Positions 26,834 through 37,455 are shown, numbered from the stretch's first letter. The stretch: 51,939 nt of DNA from Euryarchaeota archaeon UBA91 (GCA_002499705.1 DAMU01000056.1:1-51939), one strand, 5' to 3'. Program-made: numbers and translations. Notes: generated by a model not told the origin, from the letters alone.

Positions 26834-27574
26834 ATGGAGAAGAACGGCTTGTCTAACCGCCGTCGAGAAAAAAAGGTTGGAAATTGGATTTTTGGAGTCT
26901 GCACCTTTTTTTTGGTTTCTTTCTTCCTCGTTCCTTTTCTTCTTCCAACTGGCAGTGTGCCTGAGTTGGACGCTCGAGCGAATGCGCTGGATTACGCTAC
27001 CGTAGATGGTGCTTTTTCAAATGGGAATTTGCCAGATGCGGCTGGAGGCATCCCCGAGCCTTTTGCATGGACTGAACTTGACCCATACAGTGGCTTCATC
27101 TACATGTTTGGCGACCTCAATTGCCATAATAAACACGAACGCAGTTGGCAGATTAATGAAAATCAAATGCCGGTATGTACTCGTGACATAGGTATCTTTT
27201 TCGGGCTTGCAATTGGTGGATTTGTTTTCTCTCGCTACGGTCACAATCGTTGGACAATCAAGGATTCTTGCCTTTCTTTGCTCCCTGATAAATGGCTTGA
27301 AACAATCTATAGAAAGAATTACAGGACGATGGCATGGTTGGGTTTTGGCACGCTTCTCTGCCTCCCAATGTTGATTGATGGCTTTACGCAACTTCTCACA
27401 GGCTATGAATCGAATAATCTTACTCGTCCGCTCACAGGCACTCCTTTTGGTATCGGTATTGCTATTCTCACTGGGGCTGCATTTTGCGCACGCCCACAGT
27501 TCTTTGAAAATGCCAGCCAAGTGATTTTACCAGCCAATGCTCGATTCGAACTTCAACAAGACCAGGAAGAGTAA
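26834..27574 (+). CDS. DUF2085 family membrane protein
   Basis: CHNKHERS, QMPVCTRD.GI, DGFTQLL..YESNN..R..TG; start moved to ATG 26834. Confidence 0.88.
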   Translation: MEKNGLSNRRREKKVGNWIFGVCTFFLVSFFLVPFLLPTGSVPELDARANALDYATVDGAFSNGNLPDAAGGIPEPFAWTELDPYSGFIYMFGDLNCHNKHERSWQINENQMPVCTRDIGIFFGLAIGGFVFSRYGHNRWTIKDSCLSLLPDKWLETIYRKNYRTMAWLGFGTLLCLPMLIDGFTQLLTGYESNNLTRPLTGTPFGIGIAILTGAAFCARPQFFENASQVILPANARFELQQDQEE

Positions 27575-28933
27575 TCAGTTGTTTGGAGGTGGTGTTTCCC
27601 ACCATGCTAACAATTCTTCAACAGTTGTAGGAACAGGGCACATTTCATGCCCGCTGCTCAGCATTTCAAGTCGCTTACAAATGTATTCAATTGCTTTCCG
27701 AATGCGCGGGCGTGGTGGTCTGCCGTCAATTGGAATAAGGATTGAGCGTAATGCGGTCGTCCAATCCGCATCAGGATTTGCTCTCCTCCATGAGGAAATT
27801 TGAGCACGCAGCGGCCACATTGCCAATGCTAAGCGACCGTAACCGAGACGACTGTCTCGAAGTTTGAACACTTGGGCTTCAGCGAAGGGAACATGAGATT
27901 GCTGTTTGTGAATCCACCGAGTCTTTTCCAGCCATTTAATGAGTCTCTGCGTGTGACGTTGTGTCACCATTCTATGCGGACCAAACGCCTTGTGCAATCG
28001 GGGAACTTCACTTGATCCGACAATTAACGAAAGCGTGCCTAATACCGACCAACATGAGTGAGCATGAGGGGTTGCAGGCACATCGTTGGGCCCTGCATTT
28101 TCTGAATCCCATTTTGATTCAGCAAACTCCATCCATTGCGCAGGAGAACGGCCAGATAACCAACCGATGTGAATCGCAGTTCTGTCTTGGGGCGCACCAG
28201 GAAGGCGTTGTTGCTTTTTGACATCCATGACCAATGTTCGAAGCAAATAGCGGTCTACTTCATCCGCTTCTACGTTTAATGGGGCGGGTTTACGATTGAA
28301 AAAGGCTCGAAGTTCGGCTCTGAGTTTTTTCTTGAGTTCATCCAATCCGCCTTCATTCAAAATGGGGCCTACTACACAACATTTGTCGAACGGGGCAGGA
28401 GCTTTTACATCGCCTGAAAGTAAGTCAATGAATCCTTTCCGAATGGTTTTTTGAATTTCAGCAGTTTCGAAATATTCCTGTTTTTCGCTGTTCATTCGCA
28501 AGGTGCCCGATTGGATTCGCTTCATCGCTTTATCTGGGTCACAATCAATCCACAATACCAAATCGGGAATCATAGCTGCAGCATTCATTTTGGCAACATG
28601 TTCGACGCCTAAGTTTCCAACTATGCCTTGATAGATCAATGAGGAGTGAATGTTTCTATCGGATATGACAATATGTCCTTTCTGTAACAGTGGTCGAATC
28701 CAAGTGTGTGAATGGTCAAGGCGATCTGCAGCAAAGAGTCCTGCTTCTTCAAGAGGCGTTTTATTTCCCAATTTCACTGAAGTAAGTGCCAACTTACCAA
28801 GTTCACTGTGTCGCCTTGGTTCGTGTGTAGCATGAACTTCTGGAAATGGATATTCTGCTGCTAATTCCAGTAAAATGCGAGCAGCCTCGCCCTTGCCAGA
28901 CCCATCTCCTCCCTCAACTGTGATGAGGTACAT
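27575..28933 (-). CDS. tmk: Thymidylate kinase with ~235-aa C-terminal extension
   Basis: ITVEGGDGSGK P-loop, EP, LFAADR..H, ISDR...SSLIYQG, PDL; SD GGCGGTGA. Confidence 0.9.
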   Translation of the reverse strand: MYLITVEGGDGSGKGEAARILLELAAEYPFPEVHATHEPRRHSELGKLALTSVKLGNKTPLEEAGLFAADRLDHSHTWIRPLLQKGHIVISDRNIHSSLIYQGIVGNLGVEHVAKMNAAAMIPDLVLWIDCDPDKAMKRIQSGTLRMNSEKQEYFETAEIQKTIRKGFIDLLSGDVKAPAPFDKCCVVGPILNEGGLDELKKKLRAELRAFFNRKPAPLNVEADEVDRYLLRTLVMDVKKQQRLPGAPQDRTAIHIGWLSGRSPAQWMEFAESKWDSENAGPNDVPATPHAHSCWSVLGTLSLIVGSSEVPRLHKAFGPHRMVTQRHTQRLIKWLEKTRWIHKQQSHVPFAEAQVFKLRDSRLGYGRLALAMWPLRAQISSWRRANPDADWTTALRSILIPIDGRPPRPRIRKAIEYICKRLEMLSSGHEMCPVPTTVEELLAWWETPPPNN

Positions 28934-29812
28934 TCAATCACCGCCAACATCACTAAATTGGTCCTTAGAAATAACCAAAAAGATCATTCCAACAAGAATC
29001 AAAAAAGGTCCGAAAATTATCAAGCCACGGCTAAATAAGGCAATTCCGGCTAAATATTGCGTTCTCCGATAGTACTTTGCTCGGCGAACTTCGACAGCCG
29101 CTTGAAAACCGACTAATGCAGTCAAAACGGTGAAGACACCTACTGCAGTTGACAGACCGACTGCTAATCCCAGATCCCAGCCTTCGTCTTCAACCACTCC
29201 TTCCTCGACTCGAAGTCCCTCTCCCGGCGTCATTGTAACAGGTTTAATCCCTGCTTCTTCTGGCATAAAATCACGTTCCACAGTGATATATCCATCCGCT
29301 TCAACGTGTAATGTCATAACCGTTGAAAGGATATTTTCAAATCTAAAATAGCCGTTTTCATCCGTAGCCATTTCTGCAATGATTTCATCGGTATCAACAT
29401 TGAGTAATTGGACGGTGACGTTTTCTACGCCATTCCCATCTTCGGCTTCTAATGCTATACCGGTGACATCGACTCTGTCGGCTCTTTCAAAGAGTGCAGA
29501 AGACAGTAGGTCGTCAGGGTTGCCGTTGAGAATAAGTGCGCCTGATGCCATGCCTAAGATACTGCCAATCAATATGAGAGAAGCTGCTAAGGTAAGAATT
29601 CTGGATTTGTCAGATTGGTCCAGTTCATCAATTTTAGCCTGAAATCGGACCGTTGCTTTTTCAACCGCTTCATCCAATTCATGAGCCTCGACTACCAATT
29701 CTTCCTCAGCGGCTTTTTGACGAATTGCTTTTTCATTTCCTGAATGTTCAAGTTTGGATTGAACACGAGCGCGAAGGGCTACGAGGCGGTCATCCAATTC
29801 TTCATCGTCCAT
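28934..29812 (-). CDS. Membrane protein with carboxypeptidase-regulatory-like (Ig-like) domain
   Basis: GVENVTVQL...TDENGYFRFENI...LHVEADGY between hydrophobic helices; SD GGAGGTG supports ATG 29812. Confidence 0.75.
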   Translation of the reverse strand: MDDEELDDRLVALRARVQSKLEHSGNEKAIRQKAAEEELVVEAHELDEAVEKATVRFQAKIDELDQSDKSRILTLAASLILIGSILGMASGALILNGNPDDLLSSALFERADRVDVTGIALEAEDGNGVENVTVQLLNVDTDEIIAEMATDENGYFRFENILSTVMTLHVEADGYITVERDFMPEEAGIKPVTMTPGEGLRVEEGVVEDEGWDLGLAVGLSTAVGVFTVLTALVGFQAAVEVRRAKYYRRTQYLAGIALFSRGLIIFGPFLILVGMIFLVISKDQFSDVGGD

Positions 29813-29889
29813 CACTCCCACCTCCGCTTATCTTAGGTCAATAGATGCGCGGATAATACCCTTCCCTTTCCGTGCCGCGCAACACTGTA

Positions 29890-31107
29890 TTAGGATTTCT
29901 TTCGAATATTCCAACCAAGGAAGGCCATGAACAGGAGTAAAGTTCCGATTGAAAGGGCTGCCATAAGCATCAAAACTGGATAGGATTGGCTTTCAATTGT
30001 CTCCGTTTCTTCGACCTCCTCCTCAGATGTATTGACTGGCTCAATTTGCTCTACTACGCTAATGTTGGTGGCCAACCATGCACCGCTTCTCAAGCCCAGT
30101 TCTACCATTCTGCCAACCGTTTCAAGCGATTCAGCACTGACCTTGTCAGGTGTGTCTTCATGTGTATGCCAATAGCCGCCGAATGCCTGAGCTCCCGGCC
30201 CAAACCGAATGTCGATGAGGTCAATTGCTCGTATTCCTATGTTTAGTGCAGGAACATGATCATCAAAGACGCCGATTGAGGTATTTTGGTCGAAAATCTT
30301 CACGCCCATTCCTCCGTTGCAATCTGTTTGATTTTCTACCATGCCAAGCGCTTCAGCAAGTGGAGGAATTGTGCTCCATAAAGCGCCATTACCTGGCCAA
30401 ATGTGTGTGAGTTGTAAGTCAGCATCTCCAATCATGTCCAGCACGATGAATGCTGCAGTGCGGTTAATGTCGTGCTGGGTTTGCTCTTCTGCCCATTTCT
30501 CAGCGCCAAAAAAACGGTGAGGTGTGTAATTTTGGTCTTCAGCATCGGTGAAAAGCAGTTCGACTTCATATTCCAGTTCCATCGGTGGTATAATTCGTGC
30601 CAATTCGAGTAATGCAGCAGCACCACTTGCCCCGTCATTAGCCCCAACAATCGGTTCATTGGTGCGATTCTCATCGCTGTCCCGTTCCGCAACATTCCGA
30701 GTGTCATAATGGGCAACTAAAACAATGCGAGGCGTATCGTTATCTGCGCCATCGGGTTCTAATACGGCTTCAACATTGGTGAAGGTTAAGTCGTCAACGG
30801 TATATTCGTGCATGCTCACATTCCACAGAGTCAGGTTTTCTTCAACGGAATTTCGGAACGTTTCAGAAGCATTTGTGCCGGGGACTCGCGGACCAAGACT
30901 TGTTTGCCAATGAACAGATTCGTTGGCTAAGGTGCCATTGAATTCAAGTTGATCTACATAATCACATATTTCGACGGGCTCGTACGGTGATTCAACTGCG
31001 TGAACGGGTTGTAAAATCGAGGTGCTGAGAGAGCAAAGCAGCAACATGAGAGCAACAATGGCGAACCTTTTCGGGGTCCGCAAATCACCTCCATCCTGCA
31101 TGAGCAT
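29890..31107 (-). CDS. M28 family Zn peptidase / glutaminyl cyclase-like, secreted and membrane-anchored
   Basis: GPRVPGT, AHYDT, GANDGASG, DAED, LDMIG, DDHVP, WHT; signal peptide and C-terminal TM helix. Confidence 0.88.
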   Translation of the reverse strand: MLMQDGGDLRTPKRFAIVALMLLLCSLSTSILQPVHAVESPYEPVEICDYVDQLEFNGTLANESVHWQTSLGPRVPGTNASETFRNSVEENLTLWNVSMHEYTVDDLTFTNVEAVLEPDGADNDTPRIVLVAHYDTRNVAERDSDENRTNEPIVGANDGASGAAALLELARIIPPMELEYEVELLFTDAEDQNYTPHRFFGAEKWAEEQTQHDINRTAAFIVLDMIGDADLQLTHIWPGNGALWSTIPPLAEALGMVENQTDCNGGMGVKIFDQNTSIGVFDDHVPALNIGIRAIDLIDIRFGPGAQAFGGYWHTHEDTPDKVSAESLETVGRMVELGLRSGAWLATNISVVEQIEPVNTSEEEVEETETIESQSYPVLMLMAALSIGTLLLFMAFLGWNIRKKS

Positions 31108-31194
31108 GTATGAAGCCTCATAGACCCACTCTTAAATACCTCATTTCAAGTCGTGTAGATGTTAGCAGTCTTGCGAATAAATGAGGTGTCATAA

Positions 31195-34100
31195 ATGTCG
31201 GAACTACGCTCCAATACCGCTTTGCTGTTGGTAACACTTCTTTTTGTCTCTGGAATATCACCTCTTTTACTTACAGTGGGGGCTGAATCTGAGGAGGCAA
31301 ACGAGGTGCTGCCCTACAGTGCCGGTGGCGTTGTGATTGGAGACATCGCCGATTTTGAAATTGAGATGGGTCATCAATATTTGATGATTGAAGAAGAACA
31401 GCCTGTAGTTTCGGCGTTCTCTTTCCTCAAACAAGAGTGGATTGATGCTGGTCGGCCCGGAATTGAAGACATGGCTTACGAGCCTCAAACATCCGCACGT
31501 TCCTCTGCAAGAGCATGCAATCCCCATGTAGTCAACGACCAGCTTACTGTTCCTACTTCCGGCGGTTCTGTTGACACCTATGTGGCCAAAACCACAACAA
31601 CTGTGGCGTTCTTAGTCCAATCCGGCCGAACTTTGAGTTCAACGGTCCTGAATAACCTCGCATCTTCATGGGATCAAACCATTTATCCTACAATGACCAC
31701 CTACTACGGTAAAGATTACCAAGACGGACGAGGTTTAGCGCCTCCAGATGTCGATAACAATTGTCAAGTTCAGATTGTCATTTATGACATCGATGGTGCT
31801 TACAATATCGGTGGATACTTCGCACCTTCAATGTCAAATTCACGTGAAGCAGTGTTCGTTGACTTTGCAGATGTTACCTTGAGTTGGGGTAAATCCATTC
31901 TTGCTCACGAATTGGAACACTTGTTACACAACGCCCAAGACCCTTATGAAAACCTCTGGATTGATGAAGGGAATGCCGATGTAGCCATTTTCCTCTGTTT
32001 TGGAGCAGATTCAACTCTTGTGAGCCACTTGAATCAGTGGACACAAGCATCAGAACTCTCGGTCCGTTGGTGGAACCAACGCTTTGCAGACTACGGTGCT
32101 GGCTTCATCTTCACGATGTATTTGGCTGACCACCTTGGCGGTGGACCTGCAGTTCGGCAATTGGTGCAAGACTCCGCTACTGGCGGTTTGGGTGTTGAGA
32201 ACTTAGCACGCTCTCCCGTGAGCGGTCAAAGCGGTATGCTTGGTCGAACCATGGGTGAAATCTTTGCGAACTTTTCGATTGCAGCAGTGCTTGATTCATC
32301 CCAAGGAATCTACGGGTTCTCAAATCTTGATTTAACCTCAACGTGTTCTTCCAATTCGTTCTGCCGTGTTCAACCGGCTGATACCAACAGCAACTGGGCA
32401 GGACCATGGTCTTCGACTGGACATTCGGTTGAAGGTTGGGGTATTCGTGCATTCAAATTCACCCCCGGAACCTCTTCTCCAGCGCCTTTGACGATGCGTT
32501 TGACTGCTGATGTCAGCCAATTTGACGGTGTTGTCGTATCTCAGGCAACTGCCGATGGTTTGTGGACGGCAACGGACTTAGACTTCCAAAACAACGTTGC
32601 TACGGCACTTATTCCCGGCTTTGGAAATTTGACCGATGAGGTTTGGGCGATTACTTGGTATGCCAGTACCGTTGCTGATTGCGATTACACCTCGTGTGGC
32701 CCCTCGTATCCACAAGGTACTGTTGACATTGAAGCCGCTCGTATCACTTCCCCGGCCACTCTGACGCTCAACACTACCGCCTTGAGCGATCGTGATGGTG
32801 ACGGCTCCCCTGATACCGTCCAGATCAATTATGAAGTCTTCTCAAATGCGTTCTTTGAAGACCTCGACGTCACAACAAAAGTTCTCGATAACAGTGGAAC
32901 AGTTGTTGATACAGTGACCAAGAGGGTATCTGCAGGCGGAGGTGTTGCTACAGAAGAAAGCATCTGGTTTACGGCTCCTTACAATTCTCAATACTCATTC
33001 CAAATGGAAATGAAAGACATGATTGGAACCACTGTTGATACGCTTTCTTCTTCTCCTCAAATTCTCAACAACATGAAGCCAACTGCGAATGGCACACTTT
33101 CACCAAACGAATCCCAGACTTGGGAAAACATTCAGTTTAGCGGCGATGGCTTTGACGCATGGGGACTTTCCTTTGACAACAATTCCTTGCCTTATCTGGA
33201 TGCACCAGTTGCCTATGCTTGGGATTTCGGAGATTCGACCACATCCGGTTTGAAATCGCCATTCCGTTCCTATCAATCAATAGGTCTCTACAATGCAACA
33301 CTTCGAGTTCAAGACCAGGGAGGTTCTTGGTCCGATGTCGACGTTCTCGAATTGAACATCACCGATTCCACTCCACCGATTCCTCTCATTACGGTAAACG
33401 GCGTATTGATTGAAGAAGAAATATCAATCCTTACGAATCAGATGATTTTATTTTCAGCCTCACTCACGGTTGATAACGTCCCAACACAGAACTTGTCCTT
33501 CCAGTGGAACTGGGGAGACGGCGTTACTGATGGCGGAATTGGCATGTTTGAGGCCCCTCACGAGTGGGGCGATATCAACGGAATTAACGAAACATATAAT
33601 CTCACTCTGACCGTATCTGATGGCAATAACATCGGCGTCAAAAATATCCTTGTTTACGTCAACAACCGTGTACCTTACCAGATCTACTCTGAACAGTTGT
33701 CTACTGATACGTATACATCGATTGTAATGCCAGATGTGTTCAAGGATTCAGACGGTAGCATCGTCTCTTATGCGTGGTTCTTCCCCGATGGAGTGAACCT
33801 TGATGGTGGAGTTACTGACCGTGATGATGAGTTCACACTCACCAGTTCAAACGACCCGAATCCCATGCCTTCATGGGACACTCCAGGCTTGAAAACTGCT
33901 GAATTGACCGTCATGGATGACGACGGAAGTTCGGCTAATGCCGTCTTGTCTATTTTGGTAATGAACCAAATTCCTGTCGCTGATTTCATTGTCAAAACCA
34001 CGACATCAGGCACCTCGATAATTGATTTCCGTGTCGAAGATGGGCAAGTTGAAACACCTTACACATTCGATGGTCGGGATTCGTTTGACCCCGATGGAAC

Positions 34101-35397
34101 CGTTGGAGATTCCAGTGACTTAACCTACAATTGGAGTTTCTCAGATGATGGAACATTTGGCGCCAGCCCTCAAGTGACACATTCCTTCTCACAACCTGGT
34201 GTGCATACCGTCATGTTGGTTGTTACCGATGCAGAAGGGGCGCAAAGTATTGCTCGTGTCCTCACCGTCGAAATTGCCAATCCTTTGCCAATCATCGCGG
34301 TTCAAATTCTCGATGCATGGTATAATGACGAACAAATGACCGATTCAAGCGTCCTTCCTGAGGTAACAAACTTAGATTGGTCAAGAACTTTCAATGAAGA
34401 GGGCGATACCTTTGCAGCGCCTCATTCACTGTTGTATTTTGATTCTGATGGAACCCGAGACGGCGACCAGTCTTTTGAAGGCAAATATGTCCCCTTAGAC
34501 GTTAATTCTCCAGAATGGAACGGTTTGGTTCAATACACGTGGGATTTCGGAGACGGATCTCCTTTGGAACACCAAGCAACCCCTTGGCACTCCTATTCTC
34601 TGCCCGGAGAATACACCGTTTCACTCACAGTCCGAGATGCCTTTGGCACCGGTGATGTGTCTCGTGCCTACTTTACCGTGGTCATTGATCATCCACCGAT
34701 TATTCACAACATCTTTGTCCCAGACGAAATTATTGTCTCAGATTCCAACTCATTCCTTGCGAATTTCTCTGATATTGAAGCCGACTTAGCCATTGCAGTC
34801 TATCGTGATACGAACATCAACGACGGTTCTATATCAGACCGAGATGAAACACTCAGCCCTGACCTTCAAATTCGATGGGACTTAGATATCGAAGTCGATG
34901 CTGATAACAACGGCGACCCTGCAGATGATTGGGTGGAACCACTCCCTGGCTCAGTTTCACGAATTACCGGAAGCTGGAGTGAAGTAGGAACATACACGAT
35001 TCGTTTAGAAATATGCGACAGTGTAGGGATTTGTGACTCAATGGATGAAGAAATTGATGTAAGCCCAGAACCCTCTGCACCTCCATCCCTTTCTGACTTC
35101 AGTGTTGATGATTGGAAAAGTTGGCTCGCAGATGCTGGTTCTGACCTTGCAACATTTGTCGCTTTGATTGCTGTTGCTTTGATTCTGGGATGGTTGGTTA
35201 TGCGAGAACCATCGGAACTCGAGGATGAAGCAAAACAAGCTGCTGAAACCTATACCGATGTAGAACATGTCGAGGACCAAGGAGGCTTACTTGGTATGGA
35301 TCACCATGCTCCGCCTCCCGCACCTGGTATCTTATCGAAAGATGAACGTAGAAGCGACGACAGTGGTTACATTCGACCTCTTCGTCGTAGAAGTTAA
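31195..35397 (+). CDS. Large cell-surface zinc metallopeptidase with PKD domains
   Basis: Signal peptide; AHELEH...WIDEG gluzincin motif; several PKD signatures (YAWDFGD, WNWGDG, YTWDFGDG); DxDxDG Ca-binding loops; C-terminal TM; SD GAGGTG. Confidence 0.85.
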   Translation: MSELRSNTALLLVTLLFVSGISPLLLTVGAESEEANEVLPYSAGGVVIGDIADFEIEMGHQYLMIEEEQPVVSAFSFLKQEWIDAGRPGIEDMAYEPQTSARSSARACNPHVVNDQLTVPTSGGSVDTYVAKTTTTVAFLVQSGRTLSSTVLNNLASSWDQTIYPTMTTYYGKDYQDGRGLAPPDVDNNCQVQIVIYDIDGAYNIGGYFAPSMSNSREAVFVDFADVTLSWGKSILAHELEHLLHNAQDPYENLWIDEGNADVAIFLCFGADSTLVSHLNQWTQASELSVRWWNQRFADYGAGFIFTMYLADHLGGGPAVRQLVQDSATGGLGVENLARSPVSGQSGMLGRTMGEIFANFSIAAVLDSSQGIYGFSNLDLTSTCSSNSFCRVQPADTNSNWAGPWSSTGHSVEGWGIRAFKFTPGTSSPAPLTMRLTADVSQFDGVVVSQATADGLWTATDLDFQNNVATALIPGFGNLTDEVWAITWYASTVADCDYTSCGPSYPQGTVDIEAARITSPATLTLNTTALSDRDGDGSPDTVQINYEVFSNAFFEDLDVTTKVLDNSGTVVDTVTKRVSAGGGVATEESIWFTAPYNSQYSFQMEMKDMIGTTVDTLSSSPQILNNMKPTANGTLSPNESQTWENIQFSGDGFDAWGLSFDNNSLPYLDAPVAYAWDFGDSTTSGLKSPFRSYQSIGLYNATLRVQDQGGSWSDVDVLELNITDSTPPIPLITVNGVLIEEEISILTNQMILFSASLTVDNVPTQNLSFQWNWGDGVTDGGIGMFEAPHEWGDINGINETYNLTLTVSDGNNIGVKNILVYVNNRVPYQIYSEQLSTDTYTSIVMPDVFKDSDGSIVSYAWFFPDGVNLDGGVTDRDDEFTLTSSNDPNPMPSWDTPGLKTAELTVMDDDGSSANAVLSILVMNQIPVADFIVKTTTSGTSIIDFRVEDGQVETPYTFDGRDSFDPDGTVGDSSDLTYNWSFSDDGTFGASPQVTHSFSQPGVHTVMLVVTDAEGAQSIARVLTVEIANPLPIIAVQILDAWYNDEQMTDSSVLPEVTNLDWSRTFNEEGDTFAAPHSLLYFDSDGTRDGDQSFEGKYVPLDVNSPEWNGLVQYTWDFGDGSPLEHQATPWHSYSLPGEYTVSLTVRDAFGTGDVSRAYFTVVIDHPPIIHNIFVPDEIIVSDSNSFLANFSDIEADLAIAVYRDTNINDGSISDRDETLSPDLQIRWDLDIEVDADNNGDPADDWVEPLPGSVSRITGSWSEVGTYTIRLEICDSVGICDSMDEEIDVSPEPSAPPSLSDFSVDDWKSWLADAGSDLATFVALIAVALILGWLVMREPSELEDEAKQAAETYTDVEHVEDQGGLLGMDHHAPPPAPGILSKDERRSDDSGYIRPLRRRS

Positions 35398-35445
35398 CCG
35401 TTAGTTTGTATAACCTCCTTTCCTAACCTTACACGAGGAGAGCAC

Positions 35446-36576
35446 ATGTCACCGCATATTCGAGTCGGTTCAATTACGCTAACCCTGCTCCTACCTCTGC
35501 TTTTACTTGCTTTCGCTACACCTGTTTCAATGCAAGTTGAGGCTGCGGATTCTTGCGCTGGAGATACCTCTCCGATTCGATGGAATGAAACTGCTCAACG
35601 CCTTTCATTAGTTCCGTTTCACAATGGAAATTGGTGGGGAGGATTTGAAGACTATGACGATGTTGAATATTATGAAGACGACAATCGTCAGGAAGACACG
35701 TCCGGTACTCAACCAGTGCAAGATACTTCATTGAGTCCTGAAGAACCTTGGATGTATGAAACATGGATGCTTCCTCAACTTGAACCTCTTGAAGAAAATC
35801 ATTACACGACGATGTTGATTGGAAACGATAGCGTTGGGGCATTACGGGTCAACCTTTCAGCCGATTATAGGACGACGGTTTGCATCACTTTGCAAGACAC
35901 CAACCTCAATCCAATCAACGGAGATATCTATCTTCTTACAACTGAAGAGTACAACAGTTATACTCAATCGTATCATTCTTCACACAGCGATTACTATGGT
36001 TATAATGAGTTTGAAGAATCTCTTTCAAATATCCCTCCAGAATGGAGAAGTTTCAACTTCTTAGGATGGAAATCCTATCGAGATTCTCACGAATATGAGC
36101 AAACCTCGGAAGTAAATTTTGCTCTGAATTTAGATGGTCCGGAGATTTATTCATCGTTCTTTGTAGGGACCACTTGGGAAGACTTCTACATCGTAATTGA
36201 CGCTTGGGATAACGTTCACGATAACGATGCAGATTCGCCAAATACCATCATTGCTGCCGACATCACCATCATCACAACCGAACGAAGTTTCATTCTCCCA
36301 CCATTCACAGTTTCACTCGTATTCTTGGCCGTTTTGCTTGGCACGCTTTCCATTCCTTTCATCCTCAATGCAAAATACATGAAGGCTGGTTTAGTTGCGG
36401 AGGTACCTCAAAACATCGTCCCTTCACTGGAGACGCCTGCGGAATATACGCAAACATTGCCGGTGCAAGAGGTGGCCAAAGAGGTCGTTGAACTTCCACC
36501 TCCAGACGATTCTGAATCAATAAAAAACCAACAGGTTTGGGAAAGTTCAGCACCGCCTGAAAGCGAGATGCCGTAA
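35446..36576 (+). CDS. Hypothetical exported, membrane-anchored protein
   Basis: N-terminal signal peptide, acidic extracellular region, TM near residue 290-310; SD GAGGAG. Confidence 0.7.
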   Translation: MSPHIRVGSITLTLLLPLLLLAFATPVSMQVEAADSCAGDTSPIRWNETAQRLSLVPFHNGNWWGGFEDYDDVEYYEDDNRQEDTSGTQPVQDTSLSPEEPWMYETWMLPQLEPLEENHYTTMLIGNDSVGALRVNLSADYRTTVCITLQDTNLNPINGDIYLLTTEEYNSYTQSYHSSHSDYYGYNEFEESLSNIPPEWRSFNFLGWKSYRDSHEYEQTSEVNFALNLDGPEIYSSFFVGTTWEDFYIVIDAWDNVHDNDADSPNTIIAADITIITTERSFILPPFTVSLVFLAVLLGTLSIPFILNAKYMKAGLVAEVPQNIVPSLETPAEYTQTLPVQEVAKEVVELPPPDDSESIKNQQVWESSAPPESEMP

Positions 36577-36606
36577 AAACCACGTTTAGAAGGGCTGTAA
36601 TCGAGT

Positions 36607-37455
36607 TTAATACTCCAAGAGTCTCCAAGCATCTTGGAGGTCCCGAACGTTGACAAGGCCCTTGTCTGAGAGGCGAAATTCATCACGCATTGTTGCATAG
36701 ACCATTTCTTGCCCAAGAGTAGGGGCGTGGAGTCGTGCCCAGTCGCCACCATTTCCAAGTGCCATAAGGCTGTAAGGAGGAGTAGCATCTTGCTCGTTCA
36801 ATGCGTTTGCAGCGTGAACGATTTGAAGCGCATCTTGATGATCTTTGACGGTGCCGCAGAATTTAACGAGGTCTCCACTGTCTGCATTTGACGTGATCAT
36901 TGTAACAATATCTTCTGAACTTGGTGTCCCACTTGTATCGTGCTGTGAAGCGATAATTTGGCACTTTGCTGCTTTGGCAGATTCAACCAAAGATTTCCTG
37001 TCTTTCGCCTTTATTGACATTTCAAGGTCAATCCATTTGACTTCGGATTCAATAGCTGCTTGTAGGATTCCAATGCGTTGTTTTTCATCACCCGAGAAAT
37101 ACCCTCCGTCTCGAACTGAGCGAACTGAGAAGACTACAGGGAGCCCAATCGCTTCCTTGAGGTCTGCAATAGATTTGGCGACATCCAATTCTTCAAAATC
37201 CTTCACAGGCCACTCTTCTACAGGGGGCATTGTGGAAACTCTGTTGCCTTCTTCGTCCTCGGTAATGGTCGCCTGAGGCTTTTTCAAATACAACCGGTCA
37301 AATCGAACTTCGACCATATCTGCGCCTTGAATTCCAGCACGGGCTGCTTCGTCAACCATTGCTTTCACGGTGGTTTCTTCAAGAGATACGCATATCTTGG
37401 GGTTGGGCATGCTTTCGGCGACTTTGGCCGGCTTCTTAACGCTCTCGCCTGCCAT
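36607..37455 (-). CDS. aroD: Type I 3-dehydroquinate dehydratase
   Basis: PKICVSL, ADMVEVRFD, FSVRS..DGG, IDLE, catalytic His (ASQHD) and Schiff-base Lys (DLVKF), MALG..G..AR. Confidence 0.85.
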   Translation of the reverse strand: MAGESVKKPAKVAESMPNPKICVSLEETTVKAMVDEAARAGIQGADMVEVRFDRLYLKKPQATITEDEEGNRVSTMPPVEEWPVKDFEELDVAKSIADLKEAIGLPVVFSVRSVRDGGYFSGDEKQRIGILQAAIESEVKWIDLEMSIKAKDRKSLVESAKAAKCQIIASQHDTSGTPSSEDIVTMITSNADSGDLVKFCGTVKDHQDALQIVHAANALNEQDATPPYSLMALGNGGDWARLHAPTLGQEMVYATMRDEFRLSDKGLVNVRDLQDAWRLLEY

